Positions 1 to 12,299 of a stretch of 34,698 nt of DNA are shown in pieces. The notes beneath the pieces were generated by a model, which saw nothing but the letters and a program-made list of their open reading frames with translations, had not been told where the DNA came from and ran no database searches. Made by a program: the position numbers and the translations under genes. This stretch comes from Nemertoderma westbladi (lineage: Eukaryota; Animalia; Xenacoelomorpha). Within the stretch, counting starts at the first letter, position 1. The number at the start of each line of letters is the position of its first letter. Location: NCBI GenBank assembly GCA_032718475.1, contig JAUCBJ010005707.1, positions 1-34,698 on the forward strand. The letters run 5' to 3'.

Positions 1-870
1 CTTCACCTGTCGTCTCCTCATGGCTGCCCTGACTTCCTCCCCTTCCAGGATGTCCAAGGCCTCTCCCAACTCGTTCTCCGCCCCCACAAAGTTGGTTCCA
101 TTATTGGAGTATATTACTACAATCGTCCCACCTTTGCGGTCTATGAACCTTTCTAAGGCATTGATGAATGCCGATGCGGTTGCGTCTTGGGTGAGTTCTA
201 TTCCTACCGCCCGCGTGTTGTTATATACGAAGATAATGCCGTAGCGCTTCTCCGTGTGCCGCATCACCTTAATCTTTATCGGCCCGAACATATCTACACC
301 GCAGTGCGTGAATGGCGGGTCGTGCTGTCTCACCCTGCTGGCCGGTAATGGCGCCATCTCCTGTACCGCCCGCTCCTTCCTCGTCTGTCGGCAGGTCTGG
401 CACTGCCCCACTACCACCTTCACCTTCTTCCTTAACTGTGTGATCCAGAAGGTCCTCCTTATCTCCGTGAGAGTCCAGTTGGTGCCCCCGTGCAATATCG
501 ACTTGTGGGAGTCCCGTATGATCTGGTGGACTATCGGCGATCTGTTCGGGATGATGATGGGTTTGGGTGGAATAATGATGCTGTTGTTATTTAGCACTCT
601 GGAATTCATTACTAAGATCCCATCGTCATTGAGTTGTGGCGACAGCGTGATCAGCTCGCTGTCCCGTCGAAGATGTTGTAGTTTACCGACGCGCTCCACT
701 TCGTCGCCGTAGTTCTTTCTCTGATCGTAGCGAATGACGGCCTTGGCCGCTCCCTCCAGATCGATGTTTGGTTTATTTTTGGTGTCTTTAGCGACTCCCT
801 TGAGGAAATCCCCGAAGGCTCTCCAGTACGCCACTAACTTCTTGGTCTTGTACCAACTTGAGCTGTACTT
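1..870 (-). pseudogene. BEL/Pao integrase (H2C2 zinc finger plus core), truncated by window edge
   Basis: Translates as ...PIIIPNRSPIVHQIIRDSHKSILHGG...CQTCRR...PFTHCGVDMFGPI...KRYGIIFVYNNTRAVGIELT...IYSNNGTNFVGA, typical Pao integrase motifs. Confidence 0.88.
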
Positions 871-1210
871 GAGCTATAGCATCCATCAAGTAGGCTGTGG
901 CTCTTACTCCTAATCTCGCAGCTGTCAACTCGAGTTTCGGGAGCGATGCTGAATCTGGCGGCGTTGACTTTGCTTTGCTGAATGCAAGTCTGGGCTTATG
1001 AGCCCCCTCTCGTTGTACTAGGTAGAGTGCCGCTCCGTATGCTTCCAATGTGTAGATCCAGACTCCTCATGTCCCCATCCGGGAAATACACGTGTGGCAT
1101 GCTGTATGTCCCCATCTGTTCTAAACTCTCTGGTCACTTGCTCCACTGCTTGCTGATCTCTTCCGGGACCTCTGTATCCACTCGTCCTTTAGCTTGTATA
1201 CTTTCTTAAG
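871..1210 (-). pseudogene. Pao RNase H (peptidase A17 family region), partial
   Basis: EAYGAALYLV...LAFSKAKSTP...SLPKLELTAARLG; the downstream WTDS/NPAD segment is absent. Confidence 0.8.
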
Positions 1211-2418
1211 TATCTGCTTCCCCGTGCCTAATAGTGGGGATGTTAGGCCTAGGGGATCGTATATCCTTGCTATTTACGATACATAGCCCCTCTTTGTCTG
1301 GATGTCCGTGCTCTCCTGGCTCAGCTGGTACTTGAACTCGCCTGTCTCTCGGTTCCACACGATCCCTAACGCCTTCTACTGGGACTCTACCCTCTTGTTC
1401 GCCATGTCCTGTCCCTTGGCTGTCGTGGGATTATCCATGGTCGACTCTGGCCTCCTGTCCTCTATGGCTCTCATAAACTCTTCTGAGCTGGACTGGAACT
1501 TGGTCAGGTTAAACCCGGATCCTTTCAGGATGTCGCGAACCTCGCGCCCTGTATCCAGTAGTTCTTTAAACGTGTTTCCAGACTCCATCCCGTCATCTAC
1601 ATAGAAGCCGCGTCGAATCATATCGACGGCTTTGGCGCTGTATCTCTCCTCTTTCCCCTCTACTGTGTCCCTCACAGCCACAGTCGTCGTAAATGAAGAC
1701 GACTTGGCCCCCATATTCTGCACCACCATCTTGTACATTGGTATTGTCGACGGCTCCTCATCGCCGTTGTACCATAGGAAGCGCTGGCTGTCACTATCCT
1801 CCTCGTCACACGGACTTGGTTGAACATGCCTTCAATGTTGCATGTGAAGGCATGCCTCCCGTTTCTGAATCTGAGTAGGACCTCGATCCCTGAGTTGTAG
1901 ATATTGGGACCTTCTAACAGATAATCGTTTAGGCATTTGCTGTTGGTCTTAGCCGATGCGTCAACTACCATCCGCAGTTTACCTTTCTTCGGATCTAGAG
2001 CCACGTGAAGTGGTAGGTAATAGGTCCTGTCCATGTTCGGTTCGTTGACCGGTAACTCCACGGCCCATCCTTTCTCGACGTACTTTCTTATAGTCCTATG
2101 AATGTACTCATTCTTTTCGGGGCTCTGTTTTAGCGTTTGCTTCAACTTACGAAGCCTCGTGAGTACCATTCCCTTGTTATCGGGTAACGGTAGTTTTGGT
2201 TGTTTCCATACCATCCCTATGGTGTACCGCCCCTCGTCGCATCTCATCGACTCCTTTACGCTTTGTATAGCCTGTTTATCTTCTACCAAGGTTCCGACCC
2301 CGGTCTCTTTCAAACCCTCAAATTCCTGCCTAAGCAGTCTCCTGAGCTGCTCCTCCGCTCCCTCATCTTCCATCTCTCGCATAGTTCCCGCGAACATGCA
2401 TCCTGATGTCTCCGACAT
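1211..2418 (-). pseudogene. BEL/Pao reverse transcriptase, frameshifted
   Basis: YYLPLHVALDPKKGKLRMVVDAS, LNDYLLEGPN, NIEGMFNQV, frameshift near 1800, GFYVDD (1592-1603), GFNLTKF, in-frame stop before IARIYDPLG. Confidence 0.9.
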
Positions 2419-2457
2419 CCTAAACAGTATCTTGGTTCTAATTGGGCCGCTCAGCGT

Positions 2458-4803
2458 TCACCCAAATGGTGTTAAAATTGCCACCGGGTCACACTGTCTG
2501 TCTGCGCCAAAGACCGTCTGCATTCTCTCGTGGGCCGTCGGGCAGTCCATTCCTACTATAATGGATACCTTCCTAACGTCCACTTCTGGTATTGAGAAGT
2601 CGATACTGTCCAGGAATCTATATTGTTCGACCTCGATGTTGGTTGGTCGCCTGGCGTTGATATTTATCGACTCTATCACCTGGATGGGGTCGATCGTCGC
2701 CCCATAATCGCATCCCGGTGCTATCGCTGCTATCCCGCACCGTCCAGTCCTCATCTCCAGGACCTCATCTTTGCTGGAGATGGTTGTTACCGCCATTCTA
2801 CTTGTCCTCGTTTTCAATCCTATCTCTTCGGCCACCCAATTCTCGATCAATGTGAAGGCTGTTCCTCTCTTCTTTGCCCCTACGGTGCTTGTCACCATCA
2901 TCTGTCCTTTGCCTTGACCGAACTTGATTGGTGTTTCCTTGCATTGGTTAGCTCTATGTCCACTCATCACACATCGAGGACAGACTTCGTTCCTCCTCGC
3001 ATATTCTATCTGATCTTCCCTGGGTAGTGCTTGCCAATATCTGCAGTTCATGGTCTGATGAAGTGCGTTTGTGTGTAATTGGCATTTCTTGTTTGGGTTA
3101 TAGCCGTCCTTATACAGTGCACTGCGTATCGCACTTGCATTCGTACCTAGGTCCCTACTGTTCTTATTGTTTGGGTTCGGCCTACTGGGCGTGTTGGGGT
3201 TATGTTTATTTGTGTTGTTATTTTTCCCCTGTCCGCTCCATGGTGTGGCCCTACCCCCGGCTACATGTGGACTAGAAGTCCCCTGCGTCGCCGTGTATAG
3301 CAGCTATTGTCTGAGCTTTGGCAATGAGTTCGCCGTGTTGTGTTCTGGTTTCCGCCTGTTGTATTCGGTCTTTGGCCCCTTTCCCAGGCTATCCTCGCTA
3401 TAGACTGGGTCTGTTATCAGTTCGGCTTCGTAGTTTAGGAAGCTCGGCATTTCTTCTAGGCCCGGTTCCGCACCCTTCATCTCTCGAGTGGAGAAAGCGA
3501 TCTTCCTCCACTTGTTGCGCAGCCAGATCGGCAGTGCCTGCGCTATCGTGGTGATGTTATTAGACGCGTTGAGTTCGTATGGCGCGTCTAGCATCTTTAA
3601 CACGATTAGCGCCTTCTCGACTTTGTTCGCAAATGTCTTTATGCTAACGGGGTTATCCTGTAGGCCACCCAATGTTATACCTCTCAGGGTTTGCCGGATG
3701 ATCTTGGCCGGGTGCCCGTACTCCCTGTCTAGCGCCCGCCATGCTGTCGTGAAGCCGCCCTCGATGCCCTGGTACTGCCACACGATGTCGTATGCTGGGC
3801 CTCCTGTATACACCTGTAGATATTTTAGGCACTCCGCCTGCGTCAAGTTCTTCGTCAATATTTCATTGCTATACATGCGCCGAAACTGCAGGTATTCTTC
3901 CAGCCTACTTCCATCGAATTTAAATGGTTCTACGGGTGGTAACTCGATCCTGGTTTTTAATGCATCGATTAATGTAGCTATTCCCATCGCTTGTGCCTCC
4001 AATGGGTTCGATGGATGCTGTATAGATCCTCCCTTTGGGTGCGGTCCACCCGTCCTATCTGTTCTTCTCCTCTGGGTTGGATATATCATTGGGGGTAGCG
4101 GCCCCCTCCATATTTCGGTGTCGCATGATCTGTTCTCGTCCAGGGGGTTCGATGTTCTTGTTCCTGTTTGAGTATATTGTTGATATTGTGATGGGAGAAT
4201 CTCACCCTGCCCCCCCCTCCCCACCGGTATGTTTGGTACTGGGGTTGATGTTAATATATTGGGGCCCATGCACCTATCCACAATAACTCTCCCCTCCCCT
4301 GGGTATATGTTATGTCCTTGCATGCTATAGTCATACTGCTGTGCTGGTACCGGTCTAGGCCTATCCACTTCTGGCCTACCTACCAGTATGTACTCCGCGA
4401 CTTCCGGGTTTAATCCCGTCGTCCGCGCTGCCCTATCGCCTACATTATCTCTCCCAGCATGGCCTATAGTATGTGCAGTAAGGCCTACAGTATGTCCTAC
4501 AGTCTGTGTGTGTCGCTCGGGTTCGAAGTTTAACCTTCTCGAATAATCCAAAAAGTCCTCCCTGCGGCCACCATATCCTCGATCGGCAGCTATATCCCGT
4601 CGGGAAGTTTCTCTTCGATCCCCTCTACTGTTCTCGTCCTCGTACCGGTACACCCTATACCCCTCTCTCGGCGTGTAGTATGCCTCGTCAGGTTGCGTCT
4701 CTCCGGGACGACGGCAATCTCCCTGAGTTCGACCCCATCGACTCTCCAACTCCATCTCTACTACCGATGGCTCGCTATCCATCCTTGCTCTCCTGTCGTT
4801 CAC
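2458..4803 (-). pseudogene. BEL/Pao gag (DUF1759-like), Zn knuckle and protease-like region
   Basis: LPPVEPFKFDGS..YLQF..KYLQVYTGGPA..LDREYG; CPRCVMSGHRANQC knuckle; IIVGMD...PVAILTPFG*TLSGP. ORFs 3304-4803, 2458-3051 and 1672-2418 share one frame, broken by stops. Confidence 0.85.
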
Positions 4804-5773
4804 GACGACACTTCAACTACTCTCTTCCCTTCTTCTCTCTGCAGTGTAGCGTCCCCGCTCGTGAGATCTCTCATCGACCTCTCGGTTAAACTCCACTGTT
4901 CTTCTTCCCTCTTCTGACTGGGCTCGACGTCTCGTCGCTCGCCCCCTCGCGACGTCAACCTCTCTCTCTCTACCCGGTCGTACGCCGCTGGGGATACTCG
5001 CAATCCCCCTACTATTCTCCATCGCCGGGTGCCGCGGTTCACCTAGTTCGCCCCGTGCATTATCCGCCGACGCCTGTGGGGCACTCTCCGCCCCCCCTCT
5101 CGCCGCTACTCTCTCGTCGTGGGGCTCCTGCAGCCCCCCCCCCCCCCACTCGCCACCTATCATTTCACTACCTCTCGCTTCGCTTCTACACCCGTCTCTA
5201 GTTGACGCACTAACTCTACTGCGGCTGGGTCTATTCACCCCCGCCTCTCCCTCTATCACTGTGTTGCCTGGCCGGCTCCCGTCGGGTTGACTCAACCCCG
5301 CTACTCCCTGCGCACTAACTGCGTGGCCTACCAGGCCACCCTTGGGTCTCTCACCCCCGTTACTCCCTGCACACTAGCTATGTGGCCTACCAGGCCCCCG
5401 CTGGTCGGACCACCTACATTAGCCGCGTTTACATTAATAGCACCATTACCAACACTATTTTCTAAATTATTTAAATTATTAGAATTATTTTCTGAATTCG
5501 GATTATTATTTAAATTATTTTGTATATTTGAATTTAAATTATTTGAATTATTTTGTATACTCGAATCTAGATTATTTGAATTATTTCCTACATTTAAATT
5601 AGGGTCGTTCGGATTTAAATTACTATTATCAGGCAAAATATTATTCCCTGCAATGAAAGTTTGATTAGGGTTATCCACTATGGTACTATTAATATTAACA
5701 TTTTCTAACGTATTATTATTACCCCCCCCAGCCCGTACGGTTACACCAGTCTTGGGTCTGTCGTCCGGTCCCT

Positions 5774-7126
5774 CTATAGTGGGGTATTAACAAACGTTTC
5801 CATAACCTCTGGCTCCTCGTAAACACTGCCCGAGCCAGCCTCACTCTCTGATAGCCCCAACTGCGCCAGTTCCAATCGGCGCTTTTGTTTGGCCTGATAT
5901 TGCATAAGCCCCCTCAACCGGGCGTGCATATCATCCCGCATACGCTTTCCCGCTCTCTCTCTCTCTCTATCTTCCCGTAAACTTTGGTCCGCAAATTCTG
6001 CCTCTCTCGCCTCCCGCTCTCTACGTTCATCCTTTTCTCTCACTTCTCGCTCTTTGCGCTCCGCTTTCTCCCTCGTCTCTCGTTCCTCGCGCTCTTTCCC
6101 TACTCTCATCTCTCGTTCCTCGCGCTCTTTCTCTACTCTCGTCTCTTGTTCCTCGTGCTCTTTCTCTATTCTCGTCTCTCTTTCTTCTCGCTCCCTACAG
6201 TTTCTCACCACCCTTTTGGCCCTCTCTTTACACTCCCTCGCCAACTCTCTCTCTTTCTCTAACAATGCACTCCCCTCTTCCAACTGTCTCTCTAACTCCT
6301 TTTGGTCTAGCGCCACCATATCCAAGAGGCACGCCAGATCTATTTCTAACACCCTTCTTACTTTTGTGGAGGATGTAGCGGACTTGTCGGTCGCAACAGA
6401 CTCCCGTCGCCTCTCCGTCCTACTAACTTTCCCCCGCTTTCTGGGGTTCTCGCTAACCGACGAGACCGAATCCTCGGGGTTAATCTCGGATTCGCCCTCG
6501 TGCGGGTCTGCCCAACCCACTAACTTAATACCTCTAGCATCCACTAAATACGGCCCTATGTACACAACCTGGGGCTCCATAATCCCGGATCGCCACAGTT
6601 CAAATAGTTCGGTGGCGACCCCCCTCGCTCTCTCACTGGCTAGTTCTCCCTGCCCGAAGCGAACTAGGTATTTAAAGTGTTTGTTCGACTCACCTAGCCG
6701 CTGGTTTAACTTCACTGGATCTATCTTTACACCCTCTCTAGCCTCCTTGACTTGTTTCTTGGTTGCGTTGTAGGCTCGTCGGAGCCGGTCGCTGGTTCCG
6801 ACGTCTTCATCGCCGATCTCTCCTCCTCCCCGCCTGGTTCGGCGTCGTACCGGCGGCCCCACCGTCGCCGTTCCGGTGGGCCGTCCGTCGCCCTCGGCCT
6901 GTGGCTGGCCGGCGACATCGGTACATCGTGCGCCATCGTGCGTTGACTCTTCCTCCCACTCTGGTAGACGGCCGCCCTCCGTCTGGGCTACCGGTTTGTT
7001 CCTCTCCGGCGAATCCGGTGTTGCGGGTCGATACCGTTGCGTCGCGGCCTCGCGGATCGTTTCGTTCGTATCATCCGGGGTCCGCGGCGGTGTTGTCTCT
7101 CCCTCTAGGTCTCGGGGTTCGCTCAT
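5774..7126 (-). CDS. 450-aa charged coiled-coil ORF, probably the N-terminal gag extension of the BEL element
   Basis: ATG about 100 bp inside the LTR boundary; E/R/K-rich 11-aa repeats (EREERETRIEK) from 33-bp repeats at ~6000-6200. Confidence 0.55.
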   Translation of the reverse strand: MSEPRDLEGETTPPRTPDDTNETIREAATQRYRPATPDSPERNKPVAQTEGGRLPEWEEESTHDGARCTDVAGQPQAEGDGRPTGTATVGPPVRRRTRRGGGEIGDEDVGTSDRLRRAYNATKKQVKEAREGVKIDPVKLNQRLGESNKHFKYLVRFGQGELASERARGVATELFELWRSGIMEPQVVYIGPYLVDARGIKLVGWADPHEGESEINPEDSVSSVSENPRKRGKVSRTERRRESVATDKSATSSTKVRRVLEIDLACLLDMVALDQKELERQLEEGSALLEKERELARECKERAKRVVRNCREREERETRIEKEHEEQETRVEKEREEREMRVGKEREERETREKAERKEREVREKDERREREAREAEFADQSLREDRERERAGKRMRDDMHARLRGLMQYQAKQKRRLELAQLGLSESEAGSGSVYEEPEVMETFVNTPL

Positions 7127-7231
7127 CTTGTCTATCTTTCTGGTGGCTGGCAGTCACAGTTCTATCAGTTCTAGTTGTTGTCTAGGCGTACTGGGTGACT
7201 TTAACACTAGGCCAGCTGGTGACTTTAACAC

Positions 7232-7822
7232 TGTGACGGGATCAGGGGATCCCGACCAGTTTTGGTTTATTTACGCGTCCCCGCCGTGCGAATGAAAAGA
7301 GTTTATTGTTGTTTCGATATTATTGATGAACAGATGTATAAAATATAGTATACAATATAAGTTGAGATAACAGATAGCACAGTTGACCGGTAATCAATAT
7401 AGTTGGTGATATAATTGGTGACGGCGGTGACGGTGTTAAAGTGTCACCGTACTGCCCTGTGTGACTGAGATAACTGAATTGAGATGGATACTAACCGGTA
7501 ATATATATTGGTTAGCTACATTACTTGTGGCCCTTGTACCTAGCGGATGCATTTCCTGGCTCTGATTGGCCAATAACCTAATTCTCGGCTCTCACCTCTG
7601 TGGGAGTGTTCCCCCCCCCCCCCCCCCCCCGCTGCTGTCACTTTCCTCTCCCGGAGGTTTAACCTCTGACCTCCCTTTGTGTGGCCCTTCGGAGTTTGTT
7701 GTCCCCGTTTATTGGGTGTGTGGTACGAGGTTAATTGGGGATTAACCTCGTATCCCCAATATTGCTAAAAGATGCCACTTCCCAACTTTATGGGGTGGTG
7801 GGCGGAATTGAATCCGCTCACA
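7232..7822 (-). repeat. Probable 5' LTR (~591 bp)
   Basis: Bounded by TGTGA...TCACA inverted ends; minus-strand AATAAA at 7266-7271 and 7302-7307; abrupt switch to AT-rich DNA after 7822. The second LTR is not in the window, so the inner boundary is uncertain. Confidence 0.65.
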
Positions 7823-7987
7823 AATTATTATTATAATAAATTACATATATCATCACATACTTACATTTATTACATATACAGTACATTAGCACAAGTTTTT
7901 CAGTCAGTAAAAATAATAATTCATCTGGTGCTGATGTTATCGACTCAAGAGGATGGATGAAAGGGTGAATGAATGGAGCCAATGATA

Positions 7988-8985
7988 TACTACTACTACT
8001 ACTACTAGGATCGGCATGCTGCATTGCAGCTGCATTTTTAAGAATGCTGTGCCGGCTTGTCAACAAAATTGCACCGCCACAACTCCCTATCACCCATGAC
8101 ATTTGCTAGATCATCCGCATCTTTAAGGCCAGTGTCCTTTAAGATGCGTCTCAAGAAAGTCATGGGCTGTCCACCATGCTTATTCACTCCATGAGGCTGC
8201 CAAAGTACAAGATTATGCACTGGCTGGTCCTCACGGCGAAAGCAATGTCCTGCAAAGCGGAGGCGATTTTGTTCTAGTGTCAAGCTTGGGGGAACTAATG
8301 AGACACCTCCAATGTTATATAGTGACTGGTTGGAGATGTGTGCATTGTACTTGACACAATGAACCCGGCGGAGCATTCTTGTGAATGTGCCATCCAGAGA
8401 TTTGGTGTCCTCAGCAGTTAGAGCCCAGCATGGACTTCCGTAGAGGAGTACTGGAACTACTGCTGCTCTAAATAATTGAACCTTAAGTTTCCGATTAATT
8501 CTCGGTGACTTCCAAATCCTGGAAAGCCTATTCAAGGCTGCCCATGCCTTTCCCTAACGTATTCGAAGGTCCTCACCTGACTTCCGGATCCATGATCCCA
8601 GGTAACAGAAGTCGTCCACATGCTCAAGCATACCATCCTTTGAGCTTATGCTCATCCGATCAGAGACTTGCTGAGGACTTTCAATGTTAACTGTCAGAAT
8701 TTTGGTCTTTCTGGAGCTAATAAAAAGACCAACACTAGAAGCAGCATGTTCTAATGAGCTGAGGAGCCGTTGGGCTCCCTCTAATGATTCTGAGAGTACT
8801 CCTAAGTCATCAGCAAAGTCTAGATCAGTTAGGTACTTGGCAGGATTTCCTCGACTTCTGGATCCAGTAGGTGGAGTTATCATCACCCCATCATCATTAT
8901 AATGATCTAAGGACATGCGTAGAACATAGTCAACCACAATAATAAACAAGAATGGTGCAAGTGTGTCTCCTTGGAGGACGCCCCA
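7988..8985 (-). mobile_element. 5'-truncated RTE-like LINE (RT C-terminal part plus 3' end)
   Basis: GVLQGDTLAPFLFII, DLDFADD, FCYLGSWI, one in-frame TAG, LLYGSPCW..RMLRR..RLRFAGH; short 3' UTR; (TAG)n tail at 7988-8006. Confidence 0.9.
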
Positions 8986-10479
8986 TAATTCTTGCACGGT
9001 CAGCTTTCCACTAGTACCAACAAATCACTAAATGTTTGAAGAATAACTGCGGTGTAACTGGTGCAATATTTTTTAATCTTTAATTAATAGGTTACTATTG
9101 TTACAGAACATATGGGTACTACTACTAACCATGATTACACTGATTATTAATTTTATACTGATGAGATAATGCTTTTTTAAATATACAGTTAGGTATCTTT
9201 TGAATGTTTTGGGAACAGTGACTGACATTTTCTAAAAAGAATAAAATGTCCCAAGAAGTGTACCAATAGGATAGTGTGTTTTTATGAAGACAGTAGCGTA
9301 GTGATACCACGGTAACCGGTTTGGAGGTCTACGCATTGGATTGGTTACCGCTTACTATAGGTTTAGTTTCTAGGCTGAGGTAAGTTCGTCAAGCACAAAC
9401 CCTAATTAAAGCACTATCATGTAAATGGTTGGGAATTGAATGGTCGAACAGTAAAAGCATATAACCTTGCATAAACAACTTTCAGATCTGCTGGGAACTG
9501 TTACTACAGGTCCCATCACCCAATACGAATGGTCCGGCTGTCAGGAAGTATTGAGGGACATTGTTTTGGGAAGTGGCGGTGATACGGCATAAAGTAAGAA
9601 CGCCCCAGTTCTAAAACGTTCAATTATTTTGTTATCTTATGCATTCATTATAATTATTGAACTTAGTGTATTTTGAAACATGGCAGCACAAAATAGCAAA
9701 AGCACAATAAAAAATACCGTTCAAAATATACAAGATTGTGAAAAAACTTATGTCATATAAAAATAATTATTATTAATGATAAGAAAAATTACATTTAGTT
9801 TACGTAATATACAATTTATAATATTTTCAACACATATTTACTGTACTTTTCCACTATATAAATAATTAACAGCTACCCCTAAGTATGTATTGGATATACA
9901 TACTAGGCCTTTAAAGTGTACGTCATTCTGGAGTTGTCTGGTATACAGTATATTAACTCCCTGTCAATACTTCGGCGTAAATAGTTTGGTATAAAATTGG
10001 TGACTAAAGTCACCAATTAAGCCTCCTACAGTAAGTGAAATGAATCCATTTAACTGAAAAATACAGTAGTAGTTTTTATTAAAAGCTTAGGAGCTTATGC
10101 TCAACATTGTTGACTAGTAAACACTCAGGAATAATGAACCTCTGCCAAGTTAGAAGTACATAACTTGTCAGTTGCATGATACATATAAACTCACTCAGTT
10201 AAATATGATTTTCATTTACATCATGAGGGTTTCTTGTTTTTGACTTTTTGATTTGAAAACTCGTAAATGAACGTGTTACATTAATTGATAATTTCTATGA
10301 AATGGTTCTATATTTTGAGGCAAACCATCATTGCCAATTAAAATAACTCACCTGTAGCTTTCAGATGATACCTGAATATTATTTTTGGCAAATAGTTAGT
10401 TAGGACTACATGGATACTGTATACTTAGGAGGGCACAATAAAATTAAATGTATATATATATAAAAATGACACATCAGTA

Positions 10480-10615
10480 GTAACTATATACGACATCGTT
10501 CATAAAATAGCACTTTATAGCGTTACGGCACGAGGGATTTTGTCGCTCGAGGGAAATAACAAAACGCGGGCCGTAAAAGCTTTAATGTGCTAATTATGAA
10601 CAATAGCGAATCTAT
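10480..10615. repeat. Imperfect palindromic (foldback) element
   Basis: gttcataaaatagcac...ttacggc pairs with gccgtaa...gtgctaattatgaac. Confidence 0.5.
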
Positions 10616-11031
10616 TTTTAATCATTTGTGGGGAATTATTTGTAGTTATGCACTTAAACTTTCTAGAACAACCTAATAATGACGCGGTGACATACTGGAT
10701 ATACTGGAAATACTGTACATAGTAAAATGTATGGCGTAGGGACATACTGAGAAATAATGTCGCACTGCGATATAAAGATAGAAAATATGTCGCCTTGGCG
10801 ATTTGGTAGTGCGAATTTAATTCCACACAAATAAATAAAAAAATATACAAAAGCACCAATAATATTAAATTAGCGTGATTACTAAGATGCTCGAATTAAG
10901 ACAGAAAATATATTATTTACCTAGAAACTACATTATATAACTTATGTTAATTATTTATGTCTCACTTTTAACATTAACAATTATTTGTGCTTAAAAAAAT
11001 ATAAAAAATATTTATATTTATACTGTATTTC

Positions 11032-11162
11032 AAAAAAAGCAAAAGCAAACAGTCGGCCGAAGCCGGAGGCGACCCGAAGGCTCCACTATCGATAGCTGCT
11101 ACCCGAGGGTAGGGGTGGGAGCTACTCCTATCCCAAGATTTGCTCCCAGTTATTTGCTCCCA
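11032..11162 (-). mobile_element. 3' part of a structured SINE-like element with a TTTGC-type tail
   Basis: GC-rich island with two cUUCGg hairpins and a ctacc/ggtag hairpin, followed by a simple-repeat tail on the minus strand. Confidence 0.5.
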
Positions 11163-11168
11163 GACTAG

Positions 11169-11663
11169 CAGCCGGTTGCACCAAGCTCCACTAACCGCTT
11201 ACTGTTAGAGAAAAGTGCTTAGTGACACTAACCTGCACCACCCTAACAGCTCTTACCATTGCACCAAGCTCCACTAACCAGTACGTGTCACTAACTAGTT
11301 AGTACCTGATGCTTGGGAACCACCATACCTCCCTAACTGCCACCCTAAACACAGTCGGCCATTCGGTTCGGTCGCGGTTTGTTACATTGGTGCCGGTGTT
11401 GTTCAACTACCAGTGTAGTTAATTAAGTTGTCATTTAATGACAGTTATAAATATTGTATTTAAAACGAACGCTGGACCATTAATTTAGTAGGCCTACTGT
11501 AATTCCGCTTAGTGAAGTCAGTCATGGGGTAAACTAACTTGTGTTAGTGTTAGTGAGCTTGGTGCAACGTTACAAAGAAAGTCGCACTTAAGTTAGTGCC
11601 ACAAACACCACCCTAAGAGGTTAGTGACACTAAGTAGATAGTGGAGCTTGGTGCAACGGGCTG
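11169..11663. mobile_element. PIF/Harbinger-like MITE (~495 bp)
   Basis: TIR cagccggttgcaccaagctccact / agtggagcttggtgcaacgggctg; internal TIR-like repeats at ~11260 and ~11550; 3-bp flanks tag/cag. Confidence 0.7.
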
Positions 11664-12083
11664 CAGAACAACAATAAGCGAAGTAACTAAAGATTAGAGG
11701 TACAGTAACATACAGTACAATATATACTGTACATACAGTATATACTATATATACATTACATACAGTAGTTTTGAATAATACTGTAATATAACAATTAATT
11801 ATTAAAAGGATATTACAAGTAGAGGTGGAAAAATAGATGTGAGCTGTTTTGTGTTGGTAGGTTAAGTGAACGCGCGTAGCCAATTTTGGAAATCGGTTGT
11901 GATTGGCATTATACTGTATTTTAATCTTGCAATCAAAAAATGCACTTCAACCATTCAAATACACCTTAAATTAAATTAAACGCTCGAGCAAGACTCTTTC
12001 AATTGGATATAAACCAGGTGTTGAAATGATTGATATTTAATGTGAATGGATCGAAAATCCATTGTACTGTTAGTACTGCATGT

Positions 12084-12299
12084 TGGCAGCCTCATGGAGT
12101 GAATAAGCATGGTGGACAGCCCATGACTTTCTTGAGACGCATCTTAAAGGACACTGGCCTTAAAGATGCGGATGATCTAGCAAATGTCATGGGTGATAGG
12201 GAGCTGTGGCGGTGCAATTTTGTTGACAAGCCGGCACAGCATTCTTAAAAATGCAGCTGCAATGCAGCATGCCGATCATAGTAGTAGTAGTAGTAGTAG
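12084..12299 (+). mobile_element. Short 5'-truncated copy of the same RTE-like LINE, with TSD
   Basis: Near-identical to the reverse complement of 7988-8203; (TAG)n tail; TSD tagtactgcatgt at 12071-12083 and 12300-12312. Confidence 0.92.

Larger units (their letters stand above)
1..7822 (-). mobile_element. BEL/Pao LTR retrotransposon, decayed; 3' part runs off the window
   Basis: Minus-strand domain order gag (DUF1759-like) - Zn knuckle - protease region - RT (FYVDD; TKRGYVS*IARIYDPLG) - Pao RNase H - integrase. GC-rich block ending sharply at 7822; stops and frameshifts throughout. Confidence 0.93.

Noticed and set aside
20-7295. Plus-strand ORFs in the ORF track
   Set aside because: Antisense shadows of the GC-rich BEL coding strand; no recognisable motifs.
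7273-7295. HDV-like ribozyme core (GCG TCCCCGC CGT)
   Set aside because: No P1/P2 partners could be found.
8554-8556. Stop-codon reassignment suggested by in-frame TAG/TAA
   Set aside because: These stops occur only in decayed elements; the kinesin exons have none in frame.
9013-9028. 16-bp inverted match to ~12609-12624
   Set aside because: Expected by chance in a 35-kb AT-rich window; does not extend.
10352-10371. 20-nt microexon on the minus strand (and a 6-nt one at ~9374 on plus)
   Set aside because: Splice-like motifs only; such matches arise by chance.
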